Shown here in pieces: positions 25,759-39,534 of a DNA stretch of 64,000 bases. This DNA is from Octopus sinensis (lineage: Eukaryota): NCBI RefSeq assembly GCF_006345805.1, contig NC_042998.1:2480001-2544000 (forward strand), written 5' to 3'. Within the stretch, counting starts at the first letter, position 1; every line of letters begins with the position of its first letter. The translations under genes and the position numbers were made by a program. Under the pieces are notes generated by a model. The model worked only from the letters and a program-made list of their open reading frames with translations, ran no database searches and was not told where the DNA came from.

Positions 25759-26628
25759 TCATCATCATCATCATCATTGTTCGACCGTGGTCGAGACAAT
25801 GGAATTTACTATGTTGCGCCAGACTTCACGGTCCATCATAGCATTACGGAGGTCCTGTTGCTGGATGCCTGTATCCCTGGAGATTACATCAGGGTAGGAG
25901 AGTGTGCGCCCTCTGGTGTTGCGAGTAGATGGCTTCCAGAGGAGAAGAGTAGAAATTACTTCTTTTTCAGCTCTACAACAATGTCCAGCAACTGGACTCT
26001 CCTACCTTTCACAAGAGATGACACAGGTGGTAATTTCCCATATATTTGCATTTTGGTTGGATGGCGCCTCCACGAGAGATTTTGAGCTCTCATAAGGAGG
26101 CGAGTGTAGGTTCCATCCAACCGCCTCTCAAGCTTCTTTGATAACGTCCAGGTTTCTGAGCCATATAGTAGGATTGGTTCGACTGTGGCTTTGAATATTT
26201 CAAGTTTGAAGTCTCTACTTAGATTTGATGACCAGATCTTATGCATGTCATTACAGGCTGACCAGGCCATACCCTTTCTAGTTAGAAAGTCTTTTCCAGA
26301 TGATGATATGTATGACCCAAGATATTTATAATCAGAAACCATATTTAAGAGCGCACTGAGGAGAGTATGGATGATGCAATCACTGTTGGACAGGCACTTG
26401 TTTATGTATTCAGTCTTGGCCTCATTGAGGTAAAGACCCACACAATTTGAGGCTTGTTCAAGAGATTGTAAAAGAGACTGGGCATTGTTGAGAGAGAATC
26501 ACTGATAAGAGCGATGTCGTCAGCAAAGTCAGTGTCTGTCAAGTACTCAGCTGGGTGTCTGGAACTTCTTCTTGGTTTTATTTCAAAGCCCTTGCCAGAG
26601 ATGGTATCAACTGACATCATTGTTGTTG

Positions 26629-26629
<1 letters not shown>
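25756..26629 (-). mobile_element. RTE-clade LINE, 5'-truncated, with (TGA)n tail
   Basis: DFADDIALI, YKYLGSYI, ILLYGSETW; lies inside (TA)n. Confidence 0.9.
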
Positions 26630-26674
<45 letters not shown>

Positions 26675-26680
<6 letters not shown>

Positions 26681-27517
26681 GTGGTGAATAAACTGTCGTC
26701 TAACTTACGCAAAAATGAAAATAACATTGACATCTCATTTTAGCAGATATATTTACTAAAATTATATAAAAATATCTTGAAATACTAAAGAGTAAATTTA
26801 TTCAATAAAAATCGTCATTGGCTTCAACCATGTCCTCCAAGCGACTTCGGAATGTCCTGCAACTCTTCTGATCGGTCTTCTTGTTTAAGTTGGTGAATGC
26901 TGCTATGATCTTTGCCTTCAGTTCATCTTTGGTGTTACAAGGAGTTTTGTTGGTCTCTCGCTCAACTGCTCCCCACATATAATTAAGGGTGTTGCAGTCT
27001 GGGGAGTTAGGCCGCCAGATGTTAGGGGTGATGTGGTTGCAGAAATTGTCTGACATTTATAAATGGGTTCTCCTGCTTATGTGGCATGGTGCAGAGTGTT
27101 GTTTGCCAGACACAGGATCTTCCAGTAGCCACCCTCTTGACCCAGAGCAGCACTACCTCCAGGCACTTGCTGTAGGCCTCCGTGTTGAGTCTGATGCCAT
27201 GTAGGGAAGATGAATGGAGGAATAACGTCGCTATCACTCATCATGATGTTGACAGGATGTTTCATTTTTATCTCTCTCGGTACATGTCCTCAGATTGACA
27301 CCTAAACACTCTGAAATATTCGTATTGGCGCTTTCGGTGCGAATGCCAAGTAGTACAGCATATCATTTCTAAATTTCTGGCAGAATGAATTGCGTCATGG
27401 TGCTGTTTTTCTCACAGACAGTACCCAGCTGACCCTACTAGACTGTGTAGTTGACAAAATTAAGAACAATATGCATGCGCGAAATAAAAAATATAAAATG
27501 GCGACAAGTTACCCATC

Positions 27518-27525
<8 letters not shown>
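26675..27525 (-). mobile_element. Tc1/mariner maT (DD37D-like) transposon, internally deleted
   Basis: WRPNSPDCNTLNYMWG...FRSRLE and LRLNTEAY..CLEVV; degenerate ~27-bp TIRs flanked by TA. Confidence 0.85.
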
Positions 27526-27566
<41 letters not shown>

Positions 27567-28072
27567 AGATTAGAACAGTTAAAATTTTAAAGATCGGATT
27601 AGAAAATGCTTAGTTGCTTTCGTTTGCAGTTCAAAGCTCGGATGCGTTATTTGGGTTTCTTTTATGTGGATAAATTATTTTCAGTTTTCAGTCATGTGGT
27701 ATCATCACTTTTTATTATATCTATTATTTTTATCTGCATCTTTTGATTTTTAACTTTGATATATCATTTTGTCATTAGTTTTTTTTTGTTTTTTTTTGCG
27801 GGTTGGGGAGGAGGAGGACTTACTTTTTTATGTATTTCAGTAGGAAGTCAGCTGTCTTCTCTAATGGAATCATTTATATGATGTAAATAATCTGCACAAA
27901 AGTGGTAAAACGATAGCCGACTCTCGGCTGCAGTGTAGAGAGATGCTCATTACGTAAACATGCCATGGTGTTTATTTTTATGCAAAGCGAGCAAGTTCGA
28001 GCAACGGTAGAAAGTCAAGCTGAGGGAAGTGATCACTTAAGCAAGGTTAGGTTAAGTTATGTTTTTTCACAG

Positions 28073-28136
28073 TCAATAGAACGACTGCCATCATAGATAT
28101 AGACAGCGTATGGCGTCGGTTTCTCGAAACTGCCGA
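28073..28136 (+). CDS. Weak candidate micro-exon (64 nt, phase 1-2)
   Basis: ttttttcacag acceptor and GA/gtaaga donor; only one open frame, NRTTAIIDIDSVWRRFLETA. Confidence 0.2.
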
Positions 28137-28264
28137 GTAAGAAATATATCGTCTGGTCTGTTACATTTAGACATTGAGCAGATGTATCACTGAAAGCAGG
28201 AGTTATAAACTTCCTGCCGGGCAATTGTAAGGAAATGAAATATCATTTGTAATTGTGTGTGTTT

Positions 28265-28640
28265 TTTTTATGGAACACTATCATGGAAAATTTGTATGGA
28301 AGAGTTATGTGGACAGCTTTTATGAAGTAGTAACATTTTTTACGGAAGACTTTTGTAGAAATCTTTGTCGGGAACTGTACTGAATATCTTTGTGGAAGTT
28401 TTATAGAAAAGTTTTATACAAGGTGTTATGGAATAGTTTTAGAGAGTGTTTATGGAAACTTACATGGAAGGGAGTTATAAAACGGTCTTATGGAACCGTT
28501 TTTGAAATACTTATATGGAAACATTTATGGAGAAATTTCTTGAAATATTTGCATTGAAACATTATGGGGTAATTCTTGGAATATATAGAAACTTTAAAGA
28601 AAATGTTTATATAAACGTTTTATGAGAAACTATAAGAAAT
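28265..28640. repeat. Degenerate ~12-bp minisatellite (TTTATGGAAA-like)
   Basis: Recurrent ttatggaa variants at roughly 12-nt spacing. Confidence 0.65.
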
Positions 28641-29766
28641 AAAGAAATATTTTGCAAGTCTCCTTCAAGTTTTGTTTCTTTTCGGTCGATTAAGATCGAA
28701 GCACCGTTAAGATGAAACACCGGTTAAGGAAAAAACAGGATGCTGTGTTGGCTATGCTTTTCTAGAAAGCATTTACAGTTTAAGCAAAGTGGAATTGTGC
28801 CGACCGTAAATAGTGATTGGGATATGATGTCTATTCTCTAAAAGTTATTTTCTTCTCTACAGTACTCACCACGTTAATTTAATATAGGTTTATTTTTCGT
28901 TTTATCCCAAAGGCCTTTTGCAAGTTTACCGACCCAGAAATGGGAGTACAACAGTTAGAACTTTCCCAATGGTCATTAAACGAGTAAGAAACTCTTTAAA
29001 ATACTATTCCAGCCCTGGAATTGTTTACAGCTCTCTATAAGCAGTCGATGAATAATCCAGCAATCTAGAGTCAGTAGCTGTATTTTAAGTGCTACTGCTT
29101 TGCATCAAAATTCTAACCTTTCAATAGGTATTTCTTCAGGAAGTATACTTTTCTAGTTAAGTGTTAGCAATATGCGACACCACTGGTTCTCTATTCCTCT
29201 AATTTTAGATTGATTAGCCAAGGCTAAATCGGAAATTGTAAATGATGAGCGAGTATGATTTCAACTTTTGCGGAAAGGTTTCAGCATCTCTAAATACTCA
29301 AGAGTTCTATGCAAATCCGTCTCGAAAAGTTTTGACACCACTTTCGTACAGCGTTTTCCTTTCGTAAAGAAATTTGTTCTCATGAATTTTTACTGAGCAA
29401 AGGATTAGAGAACTATCCAAAGTTGATATTTTTACATGTGATGTACAATGTCTAAATTTGTTTCAAGGTTGAAATATTGAAAATACAAAATTCTTGTAAG
29501 CATCGACAATGCATAAGACAATACAATGTCCATATAAAATGTACAGTGATCTGTCATTTATGTTAGGAAGAGCAGATTTTTATTTCAAATTCCCACAACA
29601 TAATTGTTATCCTTTTCACGGGTTCACTGATTAATTTATATGTTTTTTTCTTGTAAGTTCCTTCTTTTAATAAATAGTCAACGAGAACATATTAAATGGA
29701 GACAGTGGAAAATTCAGTTCATGAGAATAAAGAATGAAGTTTGGGTTATCTAATTTTTATAATGTA

Positions 29767-30245
29767 CTGTAAATCTTCGAGTATAGTCCGCCCTTGAATA
29801 TAATACGCAGGGGATTTTTAGGGGGCTGTACCTCTGAAAAACCTAAACCTTGTGTATAATACGCACCCCTTCTCTAACATGAGTCAAGGACGTCTATATA
29901 CCGTCCTTGGTTTGTAAAAATGTATACGGTAACATCCTTTATTATTATTGTATATATAACATAATGCAAACGTGTAGCTTTTTTGTGCATTTTGTTTGCA
30001 GAAAATAAAGAAATAACAGTAATAACGTTTAATAAATGTTGCTTACAGCAAGTTATGGATGATTTAAGGTATTTTTGCGCCCGACATCACAAAATGCGTC
30101 TGAATAAACATTGCCGGACAGCAAATAGAGACTTGAACATTGCTTAGAAAATAATTTTCATTTTTAACCTCGTGTATAATACGCACTAGGGATTTTGACC
30201 ATTAAATTTTGGGGGAAAATGCGGATTATACTCGAGGATTTACGG
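29767..30245. mobile_element. pogo/Tigger-like MITE
   Basis: TIRs CTGTAAATCTTCGAGTATAGTCCGC and GCGGATTATACTCGAGGATTTACGG; TA TSD; no ORF. Confidence 0.85.
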
Positions 30246-30329
30246 TATACAGAAAATTATAAACATTACAAAGGCTTGAAGCTCTATTGTGATACAATAA
30301 CAAAACGGCTTTTTATACTAATTCACTAT

Positions 30330-30540
30330 TAATGGCAGCGAGCATAATAGTCAGCAGGCCGGACAAAATGCTTAGCAGCATTTCTTTCGGCTTTATCTTC
30401 TGAATTCAAATGCCACAGAGGTCGACTTTGCCTTTCAGCCATTTGGGGTTGATAAAATAAGTACCTGTTAAGCACCGGGGGCTGATGCAATCGACTAGCA
30501 CCCTCCCCCAAAGTTTCAGGCCTTGTGCCTATGGTAGAAA
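30330..30540 (+). mobile_element. SINE family A
   Basis: Head, core and tail. Confidence 0.85.
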
Positions 30541-30639
30541 TACCATTAACTCACCATCTCTCAGGAACTTTACCATGTCCTGAGGCACTACTTCAGTAAT
30601 AGGTATGGGACAAGAATTAACCCCCAGTAACTATGATAC

Positions 30640-30980
30640 AAATTTATTTTGTTATTGTTTATAGTATTATCTATCACGTAAATAGAAGCATTTTACCTGC
30701 AGTATCAGTAGACTCATCCAAATTAAAAAAGAACTGACTATTACTTATGTCCTCAACTCGTTCTTTCAGTAAGGCAATAACTTTTGTTATTAAGTATGGT
30801 GCATTTCGTTTCATGCAGTTGGAAATCAGCTGGAATTGAGAATGACAGAATTCCTTTATTAGTAAGTTCTTCGAAATGAGTGACACCACAAATACTTGCA
30901 TGACATGCTACAAATGCTGCTAACAGCAGTTCTAAGTTTGTTATTTTTGCTACTGGAAAACAAAAACTACTTTGATAGAT
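30640..30980 (-). mobile_element. hAT (Buster/Charlie-like) transposase remnant
   Basis: FFFNLDESTDTAGKMLLF resembles the QLDESTD motif around the first catalytic Asp. Confidence 0.55.
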
Positions 30981-31529
30981 CGTTGGGAATTCGAGTTTGT
31001 CACAGTTCTATTTTTTATGTTTTTCATGTTATGCCAAGTTTAAATCGTTTTTATTTTTGTGGTGGGGGGGGGGGCTCGTATTTCAATACTGCACACTTTA
31101 CAGAAAGCATTATTCCTGTTGCGTTTTACTTTTCTCACCCAATTTGAGGACTTTTGAAACTTTTTATCGTTCTTTGACCGTATGCTCATGGGTATAATTC
31201 AGGAATAATTTAGATTTATTTTAAAAAATACTTAGCTTGTTCAAATTTCTTTCACACGACTGGGTAACTGCTGCCAAAACTTTTCGACTCGTTTTATTAT
31301 ACTATGGAACTGTTCTTTCATATCTTGATACGCTAGAAACAGTAACCGAATATTTATTTAAAATACACGTTCTGCCGTGATAAATAGAGAAGGAAACAAT
31401 CAATGAAAAAAAAAATAGTACACATTTATGAATAACTACATGTCACCCTACCACGGGAGAAGATTAATTTGCATCTAACTAAACAGTGTCCGCATCTTGG
31501 ATCTATAATATATATAGGTTTCGCGTTTT

Positions 31530-31720
31530 AGCACATGGCCAGTAGTTTCATGGTCAGAGGCAAGTCGATTATAACGAACCAGTGTTCCACTGATAGTTAT
31601 TTTATCCACCTCTAGAAGGATGAAAGGCTAAGTCGACCTCGGCGGAATTTGAACTCAGAACGTAAACACTGACGCTATGCATTTTACCCGACGTGCTAAT
31701 GATTCTGCCAGCTCGCGTCT
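31530..31720 (-). mobile_element. SINE family A
   Basis: Head and core. Confidence 0.8.
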
Positions 31721-31785
31721 TACCTAAATTTATAATGTATTTATGATTTATAATTATCAAACTATTTTGAGTTACAAAATAATTT

Positions 31786-33125
31786 CACTGGTCAACACTT
31801 TTTCTGGCACAAGATTTATCAATGGTTTTTAGCTAATTTTGGGTTGCTGAATCCAAATCGGGCATCTGATTTCGTCTATTGCATCAGATTTGTGAGATAT
31901 AAAATATTTTAGCTTTACTAGAAACAGCTATTTAATGCTCATAAAGGAAGAATTAAACATACGTCATTTCTTTTTTAATCTAATAAATCAAACACAAAGT
32001 TGTGGGAGTAAATGCACAATAGCAAGTAAGAATTAAGCTTCGTTATAACAAAATATGAATACAAAATCTCTATTCATCGTGGTTATTCATTCTGATCATC
32101 TTATTACTGCAAGAACTTCCTCTTTTTCGACGATCTCTTGTGCGCAGCTTCTGGAATGTCTCTCATTAAGCTCCAACAGTAATCTGCCATCATGTTTGAG
32201 ACCCATTGGCCTTGATAGCGTTCTTCCATTACTTTTACATCTTGATTAAAGTGTTCACCATGTTCTTCGCTAACATCACCCAGGTTTTTTGGAATTTCAC
32301 CGAAGTAACTGTGTAAGTAGTGCAATTCAATGCTCATTCTACATCCAAGTGCTTGCAAACTCAAGAGCAGCCCTTCCACAATCTCTTGATAGTTGTCAGC
32401 TTTCCTGTGCCCAATGAAATTCCGCACCACATCAGAGAAGGCATACCAAGGTCTAACCACCTCCGCATTCATTGTTGTAACAACCTGTGGATTCCTGGGA
32501 AATATTCTTATTTGGGGTCCAACAAATATTCTTGCCTTCTTCTTGCCATTGAATCTTGGAAAGATTGTGCATATATCTCTGAAGCAGTTTCCACTGTGAC
32601 CAAGAGCTTTAATGAATTGCTTCATCACACCAAGTTTCAATACAGGTTTTGCAAACTTAGTGGGGAGCCTAGGTTTTGTCCTGGTCTCCAAGCGTTACTT
32701 TAAAATAAGCAAGATACATCTTCTTGGTAAAGTTATTAATGTTGCGCCTTTGAGCCTGTAGAGTGAAGTTTGCACAGATGTAACAGACGATATCGGGGTC
32801 ATTACAGCACGTCTTTTTTTTTACGTTGTATTCGTAACTAGATCACAGTGGTTCAGTTCACACCTGAAAAAAAGAGGAAGGGCTTTAAAGCAAAACTCAG
32901 CTTGAACAGCAGGACAAAATCCAGCCAAGATTCTCGCAAATAGTGGTGTAAAGTTGACTTTTGGTATGCTCCAGGTAAATAAAGGTATATACTGATGGCA
33001 CAAAAATGTGAAGTGATAGAGCAAATATGAAATCAGTTTGGGAATCAGCACCCAAAAATTAGTCCAAAACAGCTCTAAGATTTTATACCAGAAAATAAAA
33101 AAATATTATTTTGTTGACCACAGTG
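31786..33125 (-). mobile_element. DNA transposon, probably Chapaev3 (CMC), internally deleted
   Basis: ORF 32104-32691 (LKLGVMKQFIKAL...GPQIR...LHYLHS...NLGDVSEEHGEHF...MMADYCWSL); TIRs CACTG(TG)GTCAACA. Confidence 0.7.
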
Positions 33126-33393
33126 TTATAAATAATATCGAAATTTTTACGATGAATTTTCGTGAAATTTTTTTTTAAATCATTAATGTACACGTGTAAT
33201 AATTGAATGAAGAATATACTCGGAATACATAATGTAATTATTAGCGCTCTGATATCTATTGTATAATGTAATAAGCAAATTCATATTCAATAATACAATG
33301 AATTTCAATGACAGGAAAGAGTTCGTAGAACTTCATGTTACTAACTACCACGGGAGAAGCTTAGCTTACGTCTAACTCTTCTCTATTTATACT

Positions 33394-33770
33394 GGAGGCG
33401 CAATGGCCCAGTGGTTAGGGCAGCGGACTCGCGGTCGTAGGATCGCGGTTTCGATTTCCAGACCGGGCGTTGTGAGTGTTTATTGAGCGAAAACACCTAA
33501 AAGCTCCACGAGGCTCCGGCAGGGGATGGTGGTGATCCCTGCTGTACTCTTTCACCACAACTTTCTCTTACTTCCTGTTTCTGTTGTACCTGTATTTCAA
33601 AGGGCCGGCCTTGTTACTCTCTGTGTCACGCTGAATATCCCCGAGAACTACGTTAAGGGTACACGTGTCTGTGGAGTGCTCAGCCACTTACACGTTAATT
33701 TCACGAGCAGGCTGTTCCGTTGATCGGATCAACCCGAACCCTCGTCGTCGGAACCGACGGAGTGCTTCCA
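33394..33770 (+). mobile_element. SINE family B
   Basis: Full-length copy. Confidence 0.92.
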
Positions 33771-34305
33771 TCTCATCCATGTATTTATACTTTATGAACT
33801 GCATTAGTAAATAGCTGTAGGAAATCAACTAATAATATAGTAATTATTAGCATCACTGTGAGTTCATTTTCCGAGTTTGTTCATTTAAAACACTTCGTTT
33901 TGAACTTGGGGTCTGTAGTTCAAAGGATAGACAAAAAAAGTTACAGGTTAAATGGTAGGGTATATTGCAAAGAGTTCAAGATATATGTATTTTCTGAGTG
34001 AGAAATGTTTACTCTTTCAATAAGACTACAATATGACAGTTGGGTGCTACCATTTTTCAAAAATGGTTCATAAAAGAAATAAAGAACGAAAGAGAAAAAC
34101 AACAGGTGTTTGTTTCAGATGAAGCATAAAGGATTCCTTATAAGACATTCCGTTCTCATCGTTCTTCTTTTCGTAAACGGTCAATCCTTTGATGCCTTTT
34201 TTCCGGTACCTATAGACAAACTAAGAAGTGTATACATATATCTGTCTAGTCATCTCGCTTTCTTTTCCTCTCTCACTCTATTTCCCTCTTTCTTCTTTCT
34301 CTCTT

Positions 34306-34408
<103 letters not shown>

Positions 34409-34730
34409 ATATATATATATATATATAAAGATATATTTATATGTGTATATATATATATATATATAAGCATATATATATATACATATATATATACACATAC
34501 AAGTGTGTACATATGCATGTATATGTATGTATTTACGTTTGTATGCACGTGTGTATGTGTATATGTATGGATAGATGTTTGTATGTATGTGACTATGTGT
34601 ATATATGTTTGTCCGTATTATGTAACAGACCTTTGTGTTGAAGATATTACAGATATATCTACTGCGTACGTTACATACGTATGTGTCTGAGCGTGTCTAT
34701 ACAGACAGACACACATATACATGTGTGTGT

Positions 34731-34761
<31 letters not shown>

Positions 34762-34765
<4 letters not shown>

Positions 34766-35030
34766 TACAAAATGGGACAAGAACGCAAAACATCCAGACA
34801 GTTAGGTGTATACAAAAAAGGGACAACAAAACATCCTGATAGACGATACAAAGAAAACAAGGAAACAAAGTCATTCGGAGTCTTCTTTCCTCAGTCGAGT
34901 TCCAGATTATCTTTGCAATTTCGGCTGGTTATACTCGAGCGAGTCAAAACAAACATCTTTTGCAGACATGTTTAGGAGGGTGTCGCCAATCATGCTTGCA
35001 ATGTCTTAATTAAAATTCTAAACCATAATT
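34762..35030. mobile_element. Fragment of the repeat family also found at 48487-49255
   Basis: Shared TACAAAATGGGACAAGAACGCAAAACATCC...GATAGACGATACAAAGAA. Confidence 0.6.
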
Positions 35031-35213
35031 CAATGCTTGTTGCGGTTTTTATTTTGTTTTTGTTTTTTTCTTTTAATTGTATGTCTCTGTTTCTGCTGTT
35101 TTCGCTTTGCTTTGTTTGTTCTTTTGTTGTTTTTTTTTATTTTCACTATTGGTATGATGCGTCAGAGATCTATGTGATATAAAAGACAAACCATAAACAA
35201 GGTTATGCAACAA

Positions 35214-35292
<79 letters not shown>

Positions 35293-35574
35293 TGTTGTTG
35301 TTGTTGTTGCTTGTATGAAACTAGCTTTATGCCAACACTAGCTCACCAGAAGATAACTTGAAATCTTGAAATTGAAGGAGGTGGAAGACATGATGACTGT
35401 TCAGCGCCACCACCGAGACCTCGGTTGCCTTTAGAGAAGTCTTCGTCGCAAGCATAAAAAATTGTTTCTGGTCTAAGGGTAGACCATAAGTCACAGTCTC
35501 TTCCATCTTTTCCCAGCTAATCTTGGAGAGCATCTCGAGATGTGCTGCGAAAATAACAAACTCAACTCATCACT

Positions 35575-35780
<206 letters not shown>

Positions 35781-36130
35781 AAAATGTCGCACAGTATCCA
35801 TTATCGTGATGTAGTTCATTGAAAATATTGTGTTTACCGGGGATTTGTACCGTTTGTCACAACAAGGACCTCAGACAGACAGTATTTTACGCAATTAATC
35901 GTGCAATTCCAAGCAATGCAGATTTTTGCAATGCACCTAGATTGTATGGTATTTGTAAAGTTTCCAGATGTATTTTCAGGTTGGGTGGTATTGAACTCAA
36001 TGCTCTGATGACAATAGAGACAAACCTTCATGTTTGACTCTCGTAGCTGCTTCATTTTAGCGATCTCAATTCTCAGGTCTCCATATTAATCAATATTTTC
36101 TCTTTCTTTCATGATAATATGTTGATCTCC
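35781..36130 (-). mobile_element. R4/Dong-like 3' end (endonuclease region + 3' UTR)
   Basis: YGDLRIEIAKM...LQKSALLGIARL...ILSV*; ends in (ACT)n(AAT)n. Confidence 0.75.
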
Positions 36131-36768
36131 TTACACTGCTACATGGATTATCAGGCACTCTTGTGTGTCCCTCCTAAAGTTGCGTACTGGGGTCGATGTA
36201 ATCCCTCAAATTTGAGGCCTTGTGCCATCAAAGCGACACTGGAGTAAAATATACGAAGCCCAATATACCCATCATGACTACCTGTCTGATAAGGGTACAC
36301 TAGGTACATGCATCACAACCATACGTCCGTGACATGGTGATCTCATACCAATACAAACAGCACATGACTTTGCAGGTGAGGCCCAGTTAGAATTTTCTTC
36401 AGGTCAAGTAGCCCATCCCGCTCAAAAGGTTTCTGAATGAGGGTTGTTCAAGGATGTTGAATGAAACACCCATGTTTCCAAAGATGAATTATTCAAGCCC
36501 CAAAGAATTCTTCTCAACACATGGCTATGATGCTCCCCAGCTATTTCTACTCATGATCAGTGATGCACATATCGTCAGCCACTATGGGACATGGTCAACT
36601 GGTTATGGTCAAACAACTGACTAGAAAATCTGTGGTATTGAGCAGAATATTTGCTGTAGCCCATCTATGATACCAAGACAAAGCAATGTACATGATAATA
36701 CTTCAATTAAGATGAGAAGCCATGAGAGCCACTGCCTTTATTATTATTTTTGTTGTTGTTGTTGTTGC

Positions 36769-37075
<307 letters not shown>

Positions 37076-37777
37076 ATACTGAATTAAAGCTTCTGTTGAC
37101 CATTGATAAAATATTTATAAATCTAGCATCCAAAATATATTTTAGTGTTATACCAATTATTATTGGAGCAACGGAATATGTATACCAACCCGTATGGCTG
37201 AGCTAGGATTCTTGAAGAAAGAATACAGAACCGTAAATCATGCATAACAGATAATAAGCCACAAGGCCTTCCTAAAATTTAAAGATATTGACGCAGACAT
37301 GGCTGTATAGTTAAAAAGCTCGATTTGTGAGTATGTGGTTTTGGATGCAGTCTATTCAAATTAGATCTTCAGTTTCCTCCTTCCACTACCACTACCACCA
37401 CCAAGCTCACAGTCCTTTCAAAACTGTTATAGGAGCTACCCTTTCTCTTCTGCTTAAGCCATAAAAAAGATGAATGTAAATGCAATCTCCAACTGAAAAT
37501 AGTACCCTGCGTGTCTTACCACTGAACTGGCTTCTGTTCACCTTGTTATTAAAAATTATCATTTATTCTTATAAGCATGAAAGTCTCCAAGAAGCTGACT
37601 TGCAGCAAATATGCCCGTATTCTTTAAACCTTGAGCTAATTCTGGTAAATGTGACTACAGAAACATCTGTGCATGCACTTGCAGATTTGGAGTTGATACT
37701 TCTACGTTTTTATGTAGTTTCTCTTATTAAATTCAGACTGTCAATTCCTAATTAGTAAAATTACCGTGGTTGACAAG

Positions 37778-38045
37778 GCATCGAGCTGGCAGTATCGTTA
37801 ACATACCGGGCAAAATGCTTAGCAGTATTTCGTCCGTCCCTTGAACTTCTGAGTACAAACTCCAATGGGTCGAATTACTTTTGTTCCTTTCAGGGTGGAT
37901 AAAATAAGTACCAGCTGAACACTCGGGTCAATGTAATCGACTAACCCACTCACTCGAACTTTCTGGCTTTGGGCCAAAATTTGAAAGCTATATTTGATAA
38001 GGTGGCGGGCTGACAGAATCGTTAGCACGCTGGGCAAAATGCCAA
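37778..38045 (+). mobile_element. Diverged SINE A plus a second isolated head
   Basis: Heads near 37785 and 38005. Confidence 0.7.
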
Positions 38046-39534
38046 AGTGTAAAACCAATGTTATCGTATTTGATAGTTTATAAGACAATTTCTATTCAAA
38101 AACGAAAAAATTATCTCAAAATATTACTCTGCGTCACAAAAAAATTTGTCTCAAAATCTTACTCCACGTCCTATATGCAAAGCTGGGCCTTTAATCCATA
38201 AAATACTTTTTCCTGAATATTCGCCGCCGAAATTGGGAGGCATCAAATATAGCCATATGCCTTTTATACAATTAAATTCGGTAAACTTTTTTTTTTCATG
38301 CATTTTCTTTGGAGAGGAAGCTTAAATAATTAGAATTCACCTTTTTTCACATAAGAAATTTCATACCCAAAAAGCCATACTTTACACTTAATTAGTTTTT
38401 GTTTGTTTGTGTTTGTTTGTCTTTTGGGGGTCTTTGCTTGTTTTGGAGAGGGTGGTAGGCTGTTGCAGCGAAATTCAACGCACTCCGAGAAGTTAGGATG
38501 TTTTTCATATTTTATCTACTTAGCCTTGAAAAAGGGAAATTTTCGTGAACGTCATGTATTGGAATTTGTACTGTCAGAATTCCATCTGTGGCAGACCCCA
38601 TAAAAGGTTACAGCAAAATCTTATTATTATCCAGACGTATTTATATTGACATTAGAAGGTATGTGTTTTAAAAAAATGCATTTTCATGTTTTGTTTTTTC
38701 AAAATGTATCAGAATAAATTAGTTGAAATGTTTAATTTAATTAAAAAGGAGACCATTCGATGATTTGTATCGATATGGATTCACAGCAACAAGCGATTAA
38801 TTTTACACACATATGTTTACCCGGAAGCAAGATGCAATGTCTCATAAATGAAACCCAAGAAGAGTGAAGTTTACGTTTATTTTTGTTTTTGTTTTGTTTT
38901 GTTAATTTGTTGTTGTTTTTTTAAGAGAAAAGCAATGTTCTGTTGAATGTTTTCAACGCGAATTTCGAATTCCTAGACTAGAATATTCAGCAGATATTTA
39001 CACAGCTTCATCGAGTCAACAAAAATACGAAAGCTAAAGATGCAAATATTTTCACTTTGGTAGATAAATTGATTGTACTTTAGAAAAAATGGTAATTTAG
39101 AAAAACAATTCTAAGGAGGGAATGTTTGAAATATTGCCCTTAGTGCGTAAAATCAACGTAAAATAAATTATTTATTTTACAGGTAGATATTAGACGATTC
39201 TAACCGAGAAATTTGATTTTATTTTTCATTATTAAACAAAGACGATTATGATTGGATCTGGAACTTCAACGAGTTATTCCTTGGTTTGAAGTTATCTGGA
39301 AGAGAATTAATCCCTATATCCAGCCATCGCAGACTTAACGGTGTAGAGATATTTATAGACACAAGTTCTGATTATCATTAGAGAAGATTATCCATCCGAA
39401 ACTAAAAGAGTTTTATCCATTTTGATAAAGTTTTCTACATAATATATCTGTGAATTAGAATTTCCTTTACCCATAATCATGTGGAAAAAATAACATAGAA
39501 GTTGCATTCAAGATGAAATGGGGAAATGTTTTGT

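Noticed and set aside
33394-33470. tRNA gene (also the heads of SINE A and C)
   Set aside because: A/B boxes are present but no complete cloverleaf is evident, and each head runs into a SINE body
34860-34905. Hammerhead on the minus strand (CUGAGGA...CGAAUGAC; also near 48600-48640)
   Set aside because: It lacks GAAA and a clear helix II/III, so it is not called as a ribozyme
36235-36735. Probable unclassified interspersed repeat
   Set aside because: Single copy here with no diagnostic ends or ORF, so it cannot be supported from this window
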